Assembly (NCBI GenBank): GCA_000002445.1
Contig: CM000208.1
Location: forward strand, 2,688,001-2,752,000
Direction of reading: 5' to 3'
Source: Trypanosoma brucei
Taxonomy: Eukaryota
Length of the DNA: 64,000 nucleotides
Below are positions 41,348-53,139 of this stretch, piece by piece (the stretch's first letter is position 1; every line of letters starts with the position of its first letter). Both the position numbers and the translations under genes were made by a program. Below the pieces are notes generated by a model that worked only from the letters and a program-made list of their open reading frames with translations, was not told where the DNA came from and ran no database searches.

Positions 41348-44300
41348 ATGTTATGCCGACGTTTCCTCGAATCACTGAGTGCGCCGCCGGCAGGGCTCAC
41401 ACTGCCGTTGGCATCATCACGTTTCAGTTATCGAGTGAGTCCTGTGTTAAATTCAAATGCAGTTGGTGGTGACACAGGGGGTGTGGATGACCGGCTGCAC
41501 GTCACGCCCTTCTTTGCTTCACTGTTTCCTAATCACTTTGCGGTAATAGGGTCGTGCGCAGAAAACAACAACTCCGCACTTTCATTAAAGTGCCCGCTCA
41601 CCGCAAGGAGGGTTGCAGCGGCACCGCGCGTCACCGAACGTGTGGGGGATAGAAAAAGCAGTGTAAAGGCACAGCCGCTTCATCCTTGGCACGCTATTGC
41701 AAATATTAAACATGCTGTTCTCTATGGTTCAAATGGGGAGGACGGAGACAACAACCCCGAGCCTGATGCAAGTGGAACATCTCAAGCAAAATGCTGCTCG
41801 TTTACTATGCTCGAGGGGAGCCGTGACGCTGGAACGTCTACCGACGCGCAGCTTCACACGCGAGGGACCACGGATTCGGATTGCGCAGATAAGGAAGACG
41901 AGGAGCTTTTGCTCACTGCTATGAGGGCACGCCTGGCACGCTATTCCGTCCGAAATGATCCTACCACCAGTTCCAACGCCGCTTCCATTTGCAGTAACAA
42001 TTGCACCGATGAAGATACGGAGAAAGCCGCTCGCGACAGTGTGCCACATAAGAAACCCCTTACTCTGGAGCGGGTGATGCACGCTTCCGCCTACGCATTT
42101 CACCACACGTTTGAGGCCCTTGTACGCGACAAGCAAGATTGGCTGGCGGTTAAGTTGTTGCGCCGCTGGTGGCATCACAATCCACATCTCTTTCCACTCG
42201 AACTGCAGTTGCAGCAGCGAAAGGAGGTTGCGGATGTTTTGCGTAGGGTACGGCTGGGGGGAGAAATAATTGATGATCGAGACCGACAGACTATTGCAGA
42301 GTGCTTGTCTCAAGTGCCTGCCAAGAAGTACCTGGTTTCGTCTGCGTTATTCGGTCGTGTGTTGATGGTTGCACTCAGAATGGGCGACGCGGTGATGGAA
42401 GAGGAGTTCGTACTGCGTGAATTGCTTTATGACGCCGTATACGGCATAGTTTGCGGAGGCTGCTTAGCAGGTGCTGAGGACACCTCTGAGGTTGCGGACA
42501 CCAAGTCTTGCGACATCGGCAATAAACATGGTGTCGGGCCCAGTGATGATGCTTTGGTGGTTGGTGTGGAGTCTCGATCCTCCGAAGGGGGTCCGAAGTT
42601 TCATCTTTACAAGGAGAAATACGAAGACTGGCTGGTGTTCGTTGGGGCTATTGCAGCAGCCGCGATGCTAGAACGACATGCGGAGAAGCTTCAACGTGAA
42701 CATAACCGCGGGTTAACATACGAGCGTCTTGTCCGCGCCGTACGCGAAGAGTATGCCAACTTCATGAACAGAGCGTGCCACCCACAACAAGGGCAACAAT
42801 CGTGGTCGAGCGTTCCGTTTTCGGCGGACGTGAAGGAAAGCCTGCCGGTTTTGCCAGGCTGGGCCAAGATGCTATTCACAACGGTCTTCCGTTGTTACGA
42901 GGAGTCTGGAGTGTTTCATATTTCACCTGCCCGCCGTCCAGGCAACTGTGCTCTGCTGTGGAGGAATATTCATGCAAAACTTCTGGAGAAGTTTCCACAC
43001 GTTTTTCATGCGGGAAGCACAGTCGCAACGTTGCTTTCATTGGAGGCACTTGAGGAAGCAGCCGTGTCAGCCATGGGTACGCGCCGTCTTTCCTTTGTTG
43101 GGAAAGAGGAGGCACTGTGCCGGTGGCGACTGGAATGTCTATCCTGTAAAATCCCATTTGAGCTGTACGGGGGTGTACTCAATGGTGGTGAAAATACCGA
43201 TGTGGACAATCAGCAAAACGTGGGGGACCCATACAATTGGCCATTTAGTGACTTGCCGCGTACGTACAAGCAGCGTCGAGCTCGTTTCGTTGCATCCTAC
43301 AGCACCTTCTCCCACAACGGCGACCGAGAGAACCTCGCCGCGAGTTCTTCCCTCGCGGACAGCGGCCGACACCAACTTCACTGGAAACACCGTGAGTTTT
43401 TTGGCTCTGGGGTTTGTCTTTCCTCCTCTCGACCAAACATTCCTGTTTTCACTTCCCCAGAGGAAGTATACCGCTGCGAGAGGGATGCTCTGGACGAGGT
43501 TGCTGATGCGTGGCGTTGCACGGTTGAGATATTTCGTGATTACTCATCACTGCCCTTACTTCAACTAGACCCTGCGTCCTCAGCCTTTTCGGCGAATGAC
43601 AGCTTACGGGGGTGCGATGGCGATACAGCTTTGGAGGTTTCTAAGCCGTCCATGTTTGTTTTTCTGCGCCTTATGTCCCTGTTGGCCTCGACGGGCAACC
43701 CGCCAAATATCACTGCTGAGAAAGGATCGGCTGGTGATCTGCACTTTCCTCTGGTGGAGTGTATCGAGAGGGACATTATCCCTTTGTGTCATCCGAGTGT
43801 TGCAGCACACTTGCGCCGCTGTTGTGTTACCCATTTATCACGAAGTGGCACGCGGGGAGTGCGGCTGCTTTTGGCTCAGCACCAATTGCTCTTGTCGCAG
43901 AAGTTGAATGAGGATGCTGCCTTGGAGCGACTCCTGACCGGGTTGTTGTGGTCGGGGGGCAATGGAAGTCACGAGGGCGTGTGTCCTCGTGGCTGCTTCT
44001 CCTTTGGAAGCGGGTCGTTAGCATGGCAGTTTATTGCCCAGCAGCGTCGCACTTTCTCCTCTTCATCTGGTTGGTTTATGCTTGATTTGATTCTTTCGCA
44101 CTTGGTGACGCTCTCTCTCTCGATACCTGATGACCACAGGTGTGCGGTGTTCGTTTCATCCAACATGATTGCCGTCGCAAGTGACAACGCGCGTGAAGAC
44201 ACCGCTGTGCATTCTTCACTTCGGGGTGAGTTGAGTTGTAACCCGCCACCTGCACAGCATCTGTATGTTTCGCTACTACAGTTGCTGGCGTGGGTCGTTG

Positions 44301-45433
44301 AACAGGAGGAGGTAGGTAAGATTGACAAGTGTCGGGGAACCGGAACTACATCGGCTACTGATGCAACCGCTGGAGTGGATGTAGAATTGAGCTGTGAATG
44401 CACGGATGGTGAGCTCCCATCGCTGCATGAGACTGCCCATCACTGGCGGACTGTTCGGCGGTTCCTTTGCAAGGTTTCAGGTTCCCCATTTTCTCGCGTT
44501 CCTTTTGCGCCATCGGTGTTGGAACGAATAGCCCTAATCCTCGTTCACACCTGTCCTGACCTCGAACTGCTTTTAGGGTCATTACTTACCCTTTTGTTAC
44601 AACATCAGAGGCAGCAGCTTAATAAGAAACTTTTTGCCTTTTGCACGAAATCAACAGATGGACCAATGAATGCGGGGCAGGACGATACCACGTCTCCTAT
44701 TACCCCGCGGTTGTTGTCGAGTCTTTGTGGATTGTTGGTGATAAATGGAGTGAAGGGGCGTGGTGTGTTGGAGTGGCGTACCCGTAGGGGTGCTCCCAGT
44801 TGTGGCAGTGAGGAGGAAAAAGTCTCACTCTGTGAGTGGCACTGCTCCTGCTTTGAAAGTGTCATGCAGGATAGCCATTCGTCTTGTGAGGGCCAAGATA
44901 CTCGTGGGAGTGGTCGTGGCGCTGCGAGTGTTGCAGGTGGCGAGGACGCGATGGAAGTAACGAAAATCGGGCAAACTGGAGTTGAAGCGAAGTACCTTGT
45001 GGGCAGCGTCGTGCTTGGTATAATCGTAGGGGACAGTAAATGGAAGTCATTTTCTGCTGACAACTACAACGTGGCGCTTTTTCTCGACTCAATCCAAAAT
45101 GACGATAGGGGTGTGTGCGCCAGGGGTTCCAGTGCTACTGACGGAAAGGGCGTTTTCCCCCTAGGAGTTGTGCTTCCGTCGGTGCAGATGACTTCTCTAT
45201 ACCCCGCGGGTGTGCGTCAACGTGTCACAAGCATCAAAGATGTTTTTCGGGAGATGCAGCCCGATCAGCGCTCACGAGTGCGGCAATCTCTATCGCAGAG
45301 GGAGCGTACGGAGGTGGGGGGAATGCTTGCTGATTTTATCTTACCCGGGGCTGACGCAGAGGAGTGTGATGGAGACATTGTGCGTCAATTCACACAACAT
45401 GGGGCTGTGAACGGGGTATGCCACCGTGAGTAG
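41348..45433 (+). CDS. large hypothetical protein (1361 aa), possible mitochondrial presequence (MLCRRF..)
   Basis: Track start 41270 is TTG; first ATG at 41348. Long uninterrupted ORF; no family recognised. Confidence 0.55.
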   Translation: MLCRRFLESLSAPPAGLTLPLASSRFSYRVSPVLNSNAVGGDTGGVDDRLHVTPFFASLFPNHFAVIGSCAENNNSALSLKCPLTARRVAAAPRVTERVGDRKSSVKAQPLHPWHAIANIKHAVLYGSNGEDGDNNPEPDASGTSQAKCCSFTMLEGSRDAGTSTDAQLHTRGTTDSDCADKEDEELLLTAMRARLARYSVRNDPTTSSNAASICSNNCTDEDTEKAARDSVPHKKPLTLERVMHASAYAFHHTFEALVRDKQDWLAVKLLRRWWHHNPHLFPLELQLQQRKEVADVLRRVRLGGEIIDDRDRQTIAECLSQVPAKKYLVSSALFGRVLMVALRMGDAVMEEEFVLRELLYDAVYGIVCGGCLAGAEDTSEVADTKSCDIGNKHGVGPSDDALVVGVESRSSEGGPKFHLYKEKYEDWLVFVGAIAAAAMLERHAEKLQREHNRGLTYERLVRAVREEYANFMNRACHPQQGQQSWSSVPFSADVKESLPVLPGWAKMLFTTVFRCYEESGVFHISPARRPGNCALLWRNIHAKLLEKFPHVFHAGSTVATLLSLEALEEAAVSAMGTRRLSFVGKEEALCRWRLECLSCKIPFELYGGVLNGGENTDVDNQQNVGDPYNWPFSDLPRTYKQRRARFVASYSTFSHNGDRENLAASSSLADSGRHQLHWKHREFFGSGVCLSSSRPNIPVFTSPEEVYRCERDALDEVADAWRCTVEIFRDYSSLPLLQLDPASSAFSANDSLRGCDGDTALEVSKPSMFVFLRLMSLLASTGNPPNITAEKGSAGDLHFPLVECIERDIIPLCHPSVAAHLRRCCVTHLSRSGTRGVRLLLAQHQLLLSQKLNEDAALERLLTGLLWSGGNGSHEGVCPRGCFSFGSGSLAWQFIAQQRRTFSSSSGWFMLDLILSHLVTLSLSIPDDHRCAVFVSSNMIAVASDNAREDTAVHSSLRGELSCNPPPAQHLYVSLLQLLAWVVEQEEVGKIDKCRGTGTTSATDATAGVDVELSCECTDGELPSLHETAHHWRTVRRFLCKVSGSPFSRVPFAPSVLERIALILVHTCPDLELLLGSLLTLLLQHQRQQLNKKLFAFCTKSTDGPMNAGQDDTTSPITPRLLSSLCGLLVINGVKGRGVLEWRTRRGAPSCGSEEEKVSLCEWHCSCFESVMQDSHSSCEGQDTRGSGRGAASVAGGEDAMEVTKIGQTGVEAKYLVGSVVLGIIVGDSKWKSFSADNYNVALFLDSIQNDDRGVCARGSSATDGKGVFPLGVVLPSVQMTSLYPAGVRQRVTSIKDVFREMQPDQRSRVRQSLSQRERTEVGGMLADFILPGADAEECDGDIVRQFTQHGAVNGVCHRE

Positions 45434-45778
45434 TGTATCTGGGATCGAGGTAGGACGCTTGATGTCCCCATTATTTCAACCTGTCCACCAAAAGTTGTTG
45501 GGCTCTTCGGGCTACTCACCATTTGGCGATGCAAAATGCATATTTCTACCTGTTGTTCACATGTGCACCGTCTGAGGAGCTCGTTCCCATTTTGTGGAGG
45601 GGGCGGCTATTGTTGTGCATGGTTAGTTTTGAGGCATCCCACTGCTTCGTTGATGCCGTCATTAGCACTCTCTTGGCTTGACTGCTCTTTTTCCTTTTGT
45701 GCAATTTGGTTTTTGTCGTGAATGGATCGAGTTTAAGTGGTGATTAGAGCGTGCAGGTGCTGTTTGTGCAATTAACAC

Positions 45779-47692
45779 ATGAGATGCGCACGTTTCTATC
45801 TTATACAGTGGGGGCACACGGTTGCCGCTGGCACCGCCGCACCTCCCCGTCGTAAGCGGCAATTCAACATGAAGGAGGGAGTCAGGGAGCCCCGTCCTCC
45901 CAGAAGCACTGAAGTGAGTGCATCACCAGCTACCGTATCCACACCGTATCGGTCGCCTAGAGGCCTCACGCGCCCCCTTTCTCAACGAGAGGAGTATCGT
46001 GCCTTCCAACAACAGCAGCAAGAGGCCTTGTGCAATCGTGGGATTCCAGGGGAGTGGATGACGCCATTGCCATCACGTGTTGGTATTGACGAGCATGGTT
46101 ATGAGGCTCCCCGAGTTACAAAAGAGGAGCGCCGAACAATGTTACAGCAGGCATTAGAACGCAACGCAGCATCGGTTGTGGAATTCACGGATGGTGGAGA
46201 AAGTGACATTGAAACCCACGGAATGAGTTCTAGCGACTTTCATTCGCGGGATGGATGGACGACGATACCAAAGGAATCGGCACTGTATAGCAACATTTGT
46301 GCGCGTGACGAGCTTCAGTCACGCGCGCGTCACAACTCTTGGTCTCTCTCCCACCTGCGAGGACATGAAAGGGAAACGGGGAACCTGGCAACACCAGGTT
46401 CGTCGGCTGAATCTATGGACAAGGACTGTGTTTCCGTCGCCTCTGAAGACGTTATTGATGCTTCACGAAGACGGCGACATCAGGACGAAGGTTCCTATAC
46501 AAATGTGTTGGGGGGCGATTTGTTAGAACCGAACTTTGAGAGCATTGGGCAGCCGCGCTCAACTTATGGGATGCGCAAGTTGTTTGTTGCTGGGCTTACA
46601 GGTTACGAAGGAATGATCACCAAGGGGGAGGAGGCACTCATATGTGGAGAGTTAATGCTCTTGTTACAGGATCGGCGCGCTGCGTATATCGCAGAAGAAA
46701 CACGTTACTGCGTCAATTTGTACGAAAAAGAGCTTGGAATCCCGGGGAAGGACACACTTGCCTTCGCAATGGACCGTGCCCCCACTCTACAGGCAGTGCT
46801 GGAACGGTTCTTTCATCTCGGTATTATTCCAAGTTTGCCCAACATATGCCAAGTCAACGAGATGATCGGTAACTTCTCGGGGTATCCCGTCCACAAGAAA
46901 CCGCACACAGTAGGACCATACGTTGGTATAATGAATCTCGTTTCGACCACTGTGATGCACATGCAGCACGTAGACAGCCCCTGGTTCCCCCGCATACATA
47001 TGAGCCCACGGTCCCTTTTCATCGTGGAACAACCGTGTTTAGGGGAGTACAAAATGGGTTACAAACAAACACACCAGCCCTTTCACGCCTTTGAATATGC
47101 TACGCGTGTATCTAAAGATTATCGCATCGAGGTGATGTTTGCTACGGTTGAGGTCTCACACATGCGGTGCCTTCGTGAGGCCGTCGGCCTCACCGACTAT
47201 GCACGGGTCAAACAGCTTGATGGAGGGGGTTCTGACGGTGTTCCAAGGCGTCAGGAGCCTCAGTTGACCGAAACGGCTTCGTCAAAATCGTGCGTAACAC
47301 GGAGTGGGGAGGAAAATGATATGTCCTTGTTTGTCGGTTCAGCTGATAGGTGGATTGAACGTCTGCAACGTCAGCTTCATGCGGCTGAAGTCGATAATCG
47401 TGGGTCTTCTGGGAGAGAGACGGCAAGCGTTCAAGGCCCCTGCCATGATGGCAATTTGCTCAGGGAACAACTACTTGCTACGGGGAGCATTGGTTCAAAG
47501 TCACGACCATTTGAAACTTCTAACGCAGCGGCGGAAAATGGTGGAGGAGCGAACCAGTCGAGGCGCCGGATAATGGCTCTGAAGGCACGCTACGAGCTTG
47601 CAAAGAAGTTAAGAGAGGAGCGTGGACCGGAGGTGTCTAGTGGTATGCGCGTCATCAAGGGCCACTCACCGTTGGAAAAGCCAAGGCTGTAG
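45779..47692 (+). CDS. hypothetical protein with ALKBH7-like 2OG-Fe(II) oxygenase-fold region (tentative)
   Basis: ATG ORF of 637 aa (alternative ATG at 45869). The segment KPHTVGPYVGIMNLVSTTVMHMQHVDS...SLFIVEQ...FHAFEY...YRIEVMFATV resembles my recollection of ALKBH7 (KPHVDS..GATIAGLSLLSPSVMRLVH..SLYILRG..SHEIL..RRISVICRSL). Confidence 0.45.
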   Translation: MRCARFYLIQWGHTVAAGTAAPPRRKRQFNMKEGVREPRPPRSTEVSASPATVSTPYRSPRGLTRPLSQREEYRAFQQQQQEALCNRGIPGEWMTPLPSRVGIDEHGYEAPRVTKEERRTMLQQALERNAASVVEFTDGGESDIETHGMSSSDFHSRDGWTTIPKESALYSNICARDELQSRARHNSWSLSHLRGHERETGNLATPGSSAESMDKDCVSVASEDVIDASRRRRHQDEGSYTNVLGGDLLEPNFESIGQPRSTYGMRKLFVAGLTGYEGMITKGEEALICGELMLLLQDRRAAYIAEETRYCVNLYEKELGIPGKDTLAFAMDRAPTLQAVLERFFHLGIIPSLPNICQVNEMIGNFSGYPVHKKPHTVGPYVGIMNLVSTTVMHMQHVDSPWFPRIHMSPRSLFIVEQPCLGEYKMGYKQTHQPFHAFEYATRVSKDYRIEVMFATVEVSHMRCLREAVGLTDYARVKQLDGGGSDGVPRRQEPQLTETASSKSCVTRSGEENDMSLFVGSADRWIERLQRQLHAAEVDNRGSSGRETASVQGPCHDGNLLREQLLATGSIGSKSRPFETSNAAAENGGGANQSRRRIMALKARYELAKKLREERGPEVSSGMRVIKGHSPLEKPRL

Positions 47693-48101
47693 TCGACTTT
47701 TTGTAGTAGTCACTTCTTTTGGGTGCCTGCACCCCTGGTATTTCATCTGCTTCGGCTCGTGCTGATTTACCGTGTGGGCGAAGGTGGATCCTCTATGCTT
47801 TCTGATGCAAAGTTGCTATTCCCATTGTTCTAGAATTCGCTTGCCTCCTCGAATTCAGTGGGATAGGGGAGGTGGTTGCGATGGTGGTTTGTGATGATGG
47901 TGGCTGAGGGGGGAGAACAAAGGACACAGGGCTGTGTAGGTCGTGTTTTATGATTCCATTGGTCTTTTGCCCGATGCGTACTATTGGTGTGCAAGTTGTG
48001 GAGGGATGCTGTTGGTGACGGTTTGTTTCCCCCACTTTTTTCACTCATTTTTCTTCTTTTTGTGCACTATCGGGTAAGCATCTCTAATAAATGTGGTTGC
48101 C

Positions 48102-48104
<3 letters not shown>

Positions 48105-48135
<31 letters not shown>

Positions 48136-48156
48136 GTGTGTGTGTGTGCGTGTGTG
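48105..48156. repeat. (TA)n followed by (TG)n microsatellite
   Basis: Directly visible. Confidence 0.95.
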
Positions 48157-48440
48157 CTCCACTGCACTCTAAGTAGCAGGACCATCACTTTGAGTTCTCT
48201 CTCTTCCTTTTAAATTCCTGGAACGGTACGGCCTCGTGAGGGGAAGGGGAGAGTCATTTATGTTTCTGCCTTCATATCTATATATTTTTTTTTGCTTCAT
48301 CCACTTTCCCCCGAATAACAACATAAGGTGTAGGCGTGAGGCCTACTTGTGTCTAGTGGCCGTGTGTAGGTGGCAGCGTTGCAACAACGCTGTGAGAACG
48401 CCTGCTGTGGCTTTTCTGCGGAGGGGTGGAGAGAAGCTTC

Positions 48441-49454
48441 ATGTGGCGCCGGGGGATTTTACTTCTCGCACCACCTCGCGTGCTCTGTCTTACAATGGCG
48501 CCAGGTGGGACTATGGCGACGGCGCTCACGCAACTCGGTTACAAGCCGTACACATTTCGTCACACATTTACAGAGGGACGCGTCGGCACGCATCCGCAGG
48601 AGTGGTGCGCGGTTCTTGACAAGGAGAAGGCTTTTGACTCCACTATTTTAGGGAACTCGCAGTGTGGGGCCGCAACAGCGGGTAATGGAGTTAGTTTTGA
48701 TGCACTGGTAGGGCTACCCAGTACATTGGCATTTGAATCCATACTAAGGGAGTGCCCTTTAAGCACACGTGTTATTCTCGTAGAAGAGACTGACAAGGAT
48801 GCCTGGATGAGAGAGGCGGAAACAACGTGGGAACTGCTTTTGCAGCAGACGGAGCGGGCGGCGCGGCGACGTGCGGGCGCGTACCTTCACAAAATGGTCC
48901 AGAAAATGACCACGGGCATAGTGAGTGGGGGATGTGGAAAAAGAAAACAAATATCACCAGTTGCTTTTATTGATATGCTTGAGGAGCGCATCAAAAAAAC
49001 TGTTCCACGGGATCGGTTGCTCGTATATCGCTACGGTGATGGCTGGGAGCCGTTATGCCGCTTCCTCTCCAAGCCTCTTCCAACTGGAGACGGTACCGAA
49101 CCTCTGCCTTTCCCAGCGCGTGACGACGGTACATCTGACGTGGCCTATTTGGCCGATCGACTGCAGCGTGTTGATCGAGTTGTCTGGTGGGCAACATGTT
49201 GCCTTGTCGCTGCCGCTATTGTAATTTACACACCCTTCTGCGCTCAACTGCGTGACATTGTGGCGGAATATTACGTGGACTATCGTTCCTCCTTTGAACC
49301 CCTTTTGGAAGAGAGCGCTGCTTCTGGTGGCAAACTCACACTCCGCCGGGCTCTCGTTTTGGCGAAAAATACAACAATGGCTTTTGAAGAGAAGTTAAAT
49401 GAGCGTGGGGGTGTTGTTGGGGCGGCGGGTGAGGCGCTGAGTAAACTTACATAA
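48441..49454 (+). CDS. hypothetical protein with C-terminal hydrophobic (tail-anchor-like) segment
   Basis: Track start 48426 is GTG; in-frame ATGs at 48441, 48495 and 48513. C-terminal VVWWATCCLVAAAIVIYTPF is hydrophobic. Confidence 0.45.
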   Translation: MWRRGILLLAPPRVLCLTMAPGGTMATALTQLGYKPYTFRHTFTEGRVGTHPQEWCAVLDKEKAFDSTILGNSQCGAATAGNGVSFDALVGLPSTLAFESILRECPLSTRVILVEETDKDAWMREAETTWELLLQQTERAARRRAGAYLHKMVQKMTTGIVSGGCGKRKQISPVAFIDMLEERIKKTVPRDRLLVYRYGDGWEPLCRFLSKPLPTGDGTEPLPFPARDDGTSDVAYLADRLQRVDRVVWWATCCLVAAAIVIYTPFCAQLRDIVAEYYVDYRSSFEPLLEESAASGGKLTLRRALVLAKNTTMAFEEKLNERGGVVGAAGEALSKLT

Positions 49455-50397
49455 ATTGGAAATTCTTCGCAGCTACAGCTCAGAGGAGGCCTTGTAGGTT
49501 TGGGCATATCGAACCGTGGTGCTGGTGCTGGTCGTGGTGGCAGAGTGTGCCAGGGAGAGTTGTTTGTGGACTGGAGAGGGCACGAAATAGACAAAAAGAA
49601 AGGACCGAGCAGATAAAGGGGTAGCGAAGTCAGGCGTTTCTTGCCTTTTTTGTTTTGCTTTTGCTTTTTGTCTCAAAAAAAAAAAAATACGCGCAGCTTC
49701 ACTTAACGAGTCGAGTGGTTGCATTAGTCCAATTAGCGGCATTTGTCACACCGGGGCTAGAATGTGTGTCTACCCACCTGTGTACTATATGCTTTCTCGT
49801 CGTTGATTCCAATGAAACACTTTCCTCTTGGCGTTTTTTTCTTTTCGTTGACACGTGTGATTCTGTTTCTACTCTTCATTCTTTTCTCTGATTGCGCTGT
49901 ATAATTCAAATAGAGCGAACGAAGTACGCAGTAGTGACGAGTTTTTCATTTCCCCTCCCCTCTTTTTTTTTTGTTTATTCGTTTGTTCATTTGTTTTCTG
50001 GTGTTTCGGCCATTGTTGCTTGTGTCACTGTCCGAAAGTGGGGAAGGTGGCCGTACACCCGTAACAGCAGCCAACGCGACCTACTAGATTAGAAGCACAG
50101 AATAAGGGGAGGAAGCAGCGTGTGCACGCGGGAGGGGTGAAATAGGGGTTGAGTCGTTAAGTTTCTTCACGATTTTGATTGTCGGGGAGAAAAGATCTTT
50201 AGAAGGGGTTGGGCACTGAGGGGGAAGGGGGAGGATAAGAGAAGGAAAAAAAAAGACAAGAGAATAGTTAAATAATCAGCCGCGGCATCACGGAGTGTTA
50301 AAACATAAGATATCAAATATAGTTCACTGAGTGTGAAGTTGCAACAAGTGAAGGTTGACGCTAAAGTAAAGTCATCAATTTTTAAAAAAAAAAAACG

Positions 50398-51678
50398 ATG
50401 TCTGTTGCGTCTTCGACCGGTAGCGTGAGCGACAGTGATGTTGCGTCTTACAACCCATTTGAAGGCCTCCCTCCCACTCCCCGCAGCGAGGAGGACGATA
50501 TCCGGAAGGGTATATTCGGTCGGGTGTTGCGTCTACTTCGTACCGTAGACGCGGAAGAAAGGGCCCGTTGGCGGAAAGCCATTGAAGAAGCTGCTACCGC
50601 TAAGCAAATGGCATCTCGGGGTGAAAATAAAAAGAAGCCCCAGTTACAGGAGGATGCCGAGGGTATTGGTGGCTCGGCAGCTGTGGATCGAAGCTGTAGT
50701 GGGACGGTTCTTGTGGAGACATCTGGGGCTGTGAAGCGGCCACGTGATGAGGAGGAGGGCGGTATTTCCAAGGTACCGAAGGAAGAGAATCAGGAAAAAC
50801 ATTGTGAGGTTTCACAGGATCAACGTAAACACGATCCCTCGGACGGGGATTATATCGCAGCGTACTTGCGCACCCTTCTGGATAAGGTTATTGGTTTGAG
50901 CCTCCAGGAACTCCCCGTCGATGCCCTTCGCGTGTTATGCATAATGCTCGGCATACCACTGTCAAACAGCAAGAGCAAGATGGTGTACTATAGTAAGCTC
51001 GCTAGTTTCTACTACACAAACTGTGAAAAACTCGGAAAGAGAGTGTCCAAGTCTTTCCATGTTTTTGAGCAGTTCAGGCGCGACGAGGAAGTGCGGCAGA
51101 AAATTTTTTCACAGAACTACACATCTCGTACTTCCACGAGTAGAACAAACTCAAAAGCTACTTCCTTAGAGAAGCAATCTAGAAGTTCTGCAGTCAAAAA
51201 CACCAAGAAGGGTGCAAATCAGCAGACTTCAGGAGACGGGGAGAGCACTGTTTCCTCAACGCAGGGGACTGCGGTAGCTAGTAAAAGGTCTTCTAAACCG
51301 CGTGTGGCCGCAAGCAAGTCAACCCCTGCAGTATTAGATAATGGCATTGTACACCGCGTGGATGAGGAACTGGAGGTGAAACACCATGGAAAGATGTTCG
51401 TTGCTCATGCCAGCAGCCGTAATCAGTTTGCTTCGGCGTCTGGCGGAATGGATGATGAAGTGGCTACGGAGGACGCGTGGACCAGTACAAAACTTGAGGG
51501 TGCGGTTGCTTCTATTATTCATCTGCACGACCCAGTCACTACCGCAATTGTTGTTAGGAAGTTAGCACAGATGGGATACAAAAGTGCGACCGCTGAACAA
51601 ACCGTAGAGGTGATTTTACACCGGTTTCACGACAGGCAGTTTATTTTCTACGATAATGGCATGGCATTTCTCCTTTAG
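50398..51678 (+). CDS. hypothetical protein with SAP-like motif and K/S-rich low-complexity region
   Basis: ATG ORF of 426 aa. LSLQELPVDALRVLCIMLGIPLSNSKSKMVYYSKL resembles a SAP DNA-binding motif. Confidence 0.5.
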   Translation: MSVASSTGSVSDSDVASYNPFEGLPPTPRSEEDDIRKGIFGRVLRLLRTVDAEERARWRKAIEEAATAKQMASRGENKKKPQLQEDAEGIGGSAAVDRSCSGTVLVETSGAVKRPRDEEEGGISKVPKEENQEKHCEVSQDQRKHDPSDGDYIAAYLRTLLDKVIGLSLQELPVDALRVLCIMLGIPLSNSKSKMVYYSKLASFYYTNCEKLGKRVSKSFHVFEQFRRDEEVRQKIFSQNYTSRTSTSRTNSKATSLEKQSRSSAVKNTKKGANQQTSGDGESTVSSTQGTAVASKRSSKPRVAASKSTPAVLDNGIVHRVDEELEVKHHGKMFVAHASSRNQFASASGGMDDEVATEDAWTSTKLEGAVASIIHLHDPVTTAIVVRKLAQMGYKSATAEQTVEVILHRFHDRQFIFYDNGMAFLL

Positions 51679-53139
51679 CAGCAGTTAGTGCAGTGTTTGG
51701 TGGGGTTTGCTCATTCTGTGTGTTTGTGTTGTAAAGCCGCGGCACCGTATGATTGATCACGTGACAATTTTCCTTTTCCTTTTTTTTTCTGCCCGTGTGT
51801 TCCTGTATGAGCGTGTGGTGTTACGGCCGTTGCACGCGGGAATGTTTTTGTTCTTTTTTCCCCCTTCTCCACCCCAAGGCGGCGGTCGCTTCACCATGAA
51901 GCCGTGGCTCTGGAAGAGGTCGTGTGTGCGTGCGTATGTGGGGTGACAACACCGACTTGAGTCAAATAACATGAGAGAGGGTTAAAGTAAGGAGAGCACT
52001 TACATTACTGTTTCGTTTGAGAATACACTCGATCTTACTGTCCCCTTATTCCTATTTTCCTTCGGCTCGCTTCTATTCCCTCCTGTGCTCGTTTATTTCA
52101 ACTGATGCACACAGATGTGGTTACGAGGGAAGTACGGCTCACTATTTCAATTTTTCCCCCTTCTGACTTTTTTTTTTGTCGCATGAGGTACCGACGTTTT
52201 TCTCGCGAATTTCACGTTGTTATATTCCCCCCCTTTTGTTATACACTGAAAGGGGGATTGGGGAGGTGGGTTGGGGGGGGGGTATTGTTGACTTGGATTG
52301 CATGCCGGTCCCACCACACGAGTGTTACAGTGAGCGTGGCGGGGAGGGGTGTGAAGGGAAAGCGAAGTGGAGATGCGGGATAAAGGGGATAGGGAGGGGA
52401 AATTTGTTTAATTAGTGACTCGCAACACGGCAGCGGCGGCATTCGTAGCAGCAACTGCAGTTGACTACGGTTCATTTTTTTACTCTGTTTTATCTGCGCT
52501 CGCGTACTGTGACATATGGGAAAGGGAAGGCGGAAGTTGTTGTCCCTTCATGTGGGGTGAGCTTTACGTTTAGCGGGAGCAAGATTGAATGCCCTTGTGA
52601 TGGTGACGTGTGAGGAAAGGATGGGAGGGATGAAGATTGAAGGAAACATAAGTGTGTAGTAGAAGGAGGCGCATAGTAGAAGCGTGTAGTGGAGAGAACG
52701 TTTACTGTTACTTCATGTTGTCCCTTTTGCTTACAACCCCTATGTTGTTATTTTCTCCTTACACTTCACCTGTTTAATGCTCATGCCGCTGCCGTTTCCA
52801 CCGCTCGCTAGTGAGATTGTTTCCTCCCCTATGGAGTGTTTGTATGCGATCGCTTCCTTTGCTTTTCTGTTCCTTTATGTGAAAGCTTGTAAAAGGAAGG
52901 AAGGGAAATTTGAGCGAGTACAAGCCCACCTCTGTGCGGGAAAATAACAGGAAGGAGAAGCCGTAACAGCACTAACGGCGGAATTGCGCGCTGTTAGGGC
53001 GAACTGGCAGTGATAGTTGGACCATTTGCAGGTACACGTGTGCCATTGTATCACATACCTGTTGCATTCGTCGCGCTTGAGGGTTGCAAGAGTAGCGGTA
53101 GTACCGAAACGCGGTCTCTTTCCTACTTGGGGAAACGTG

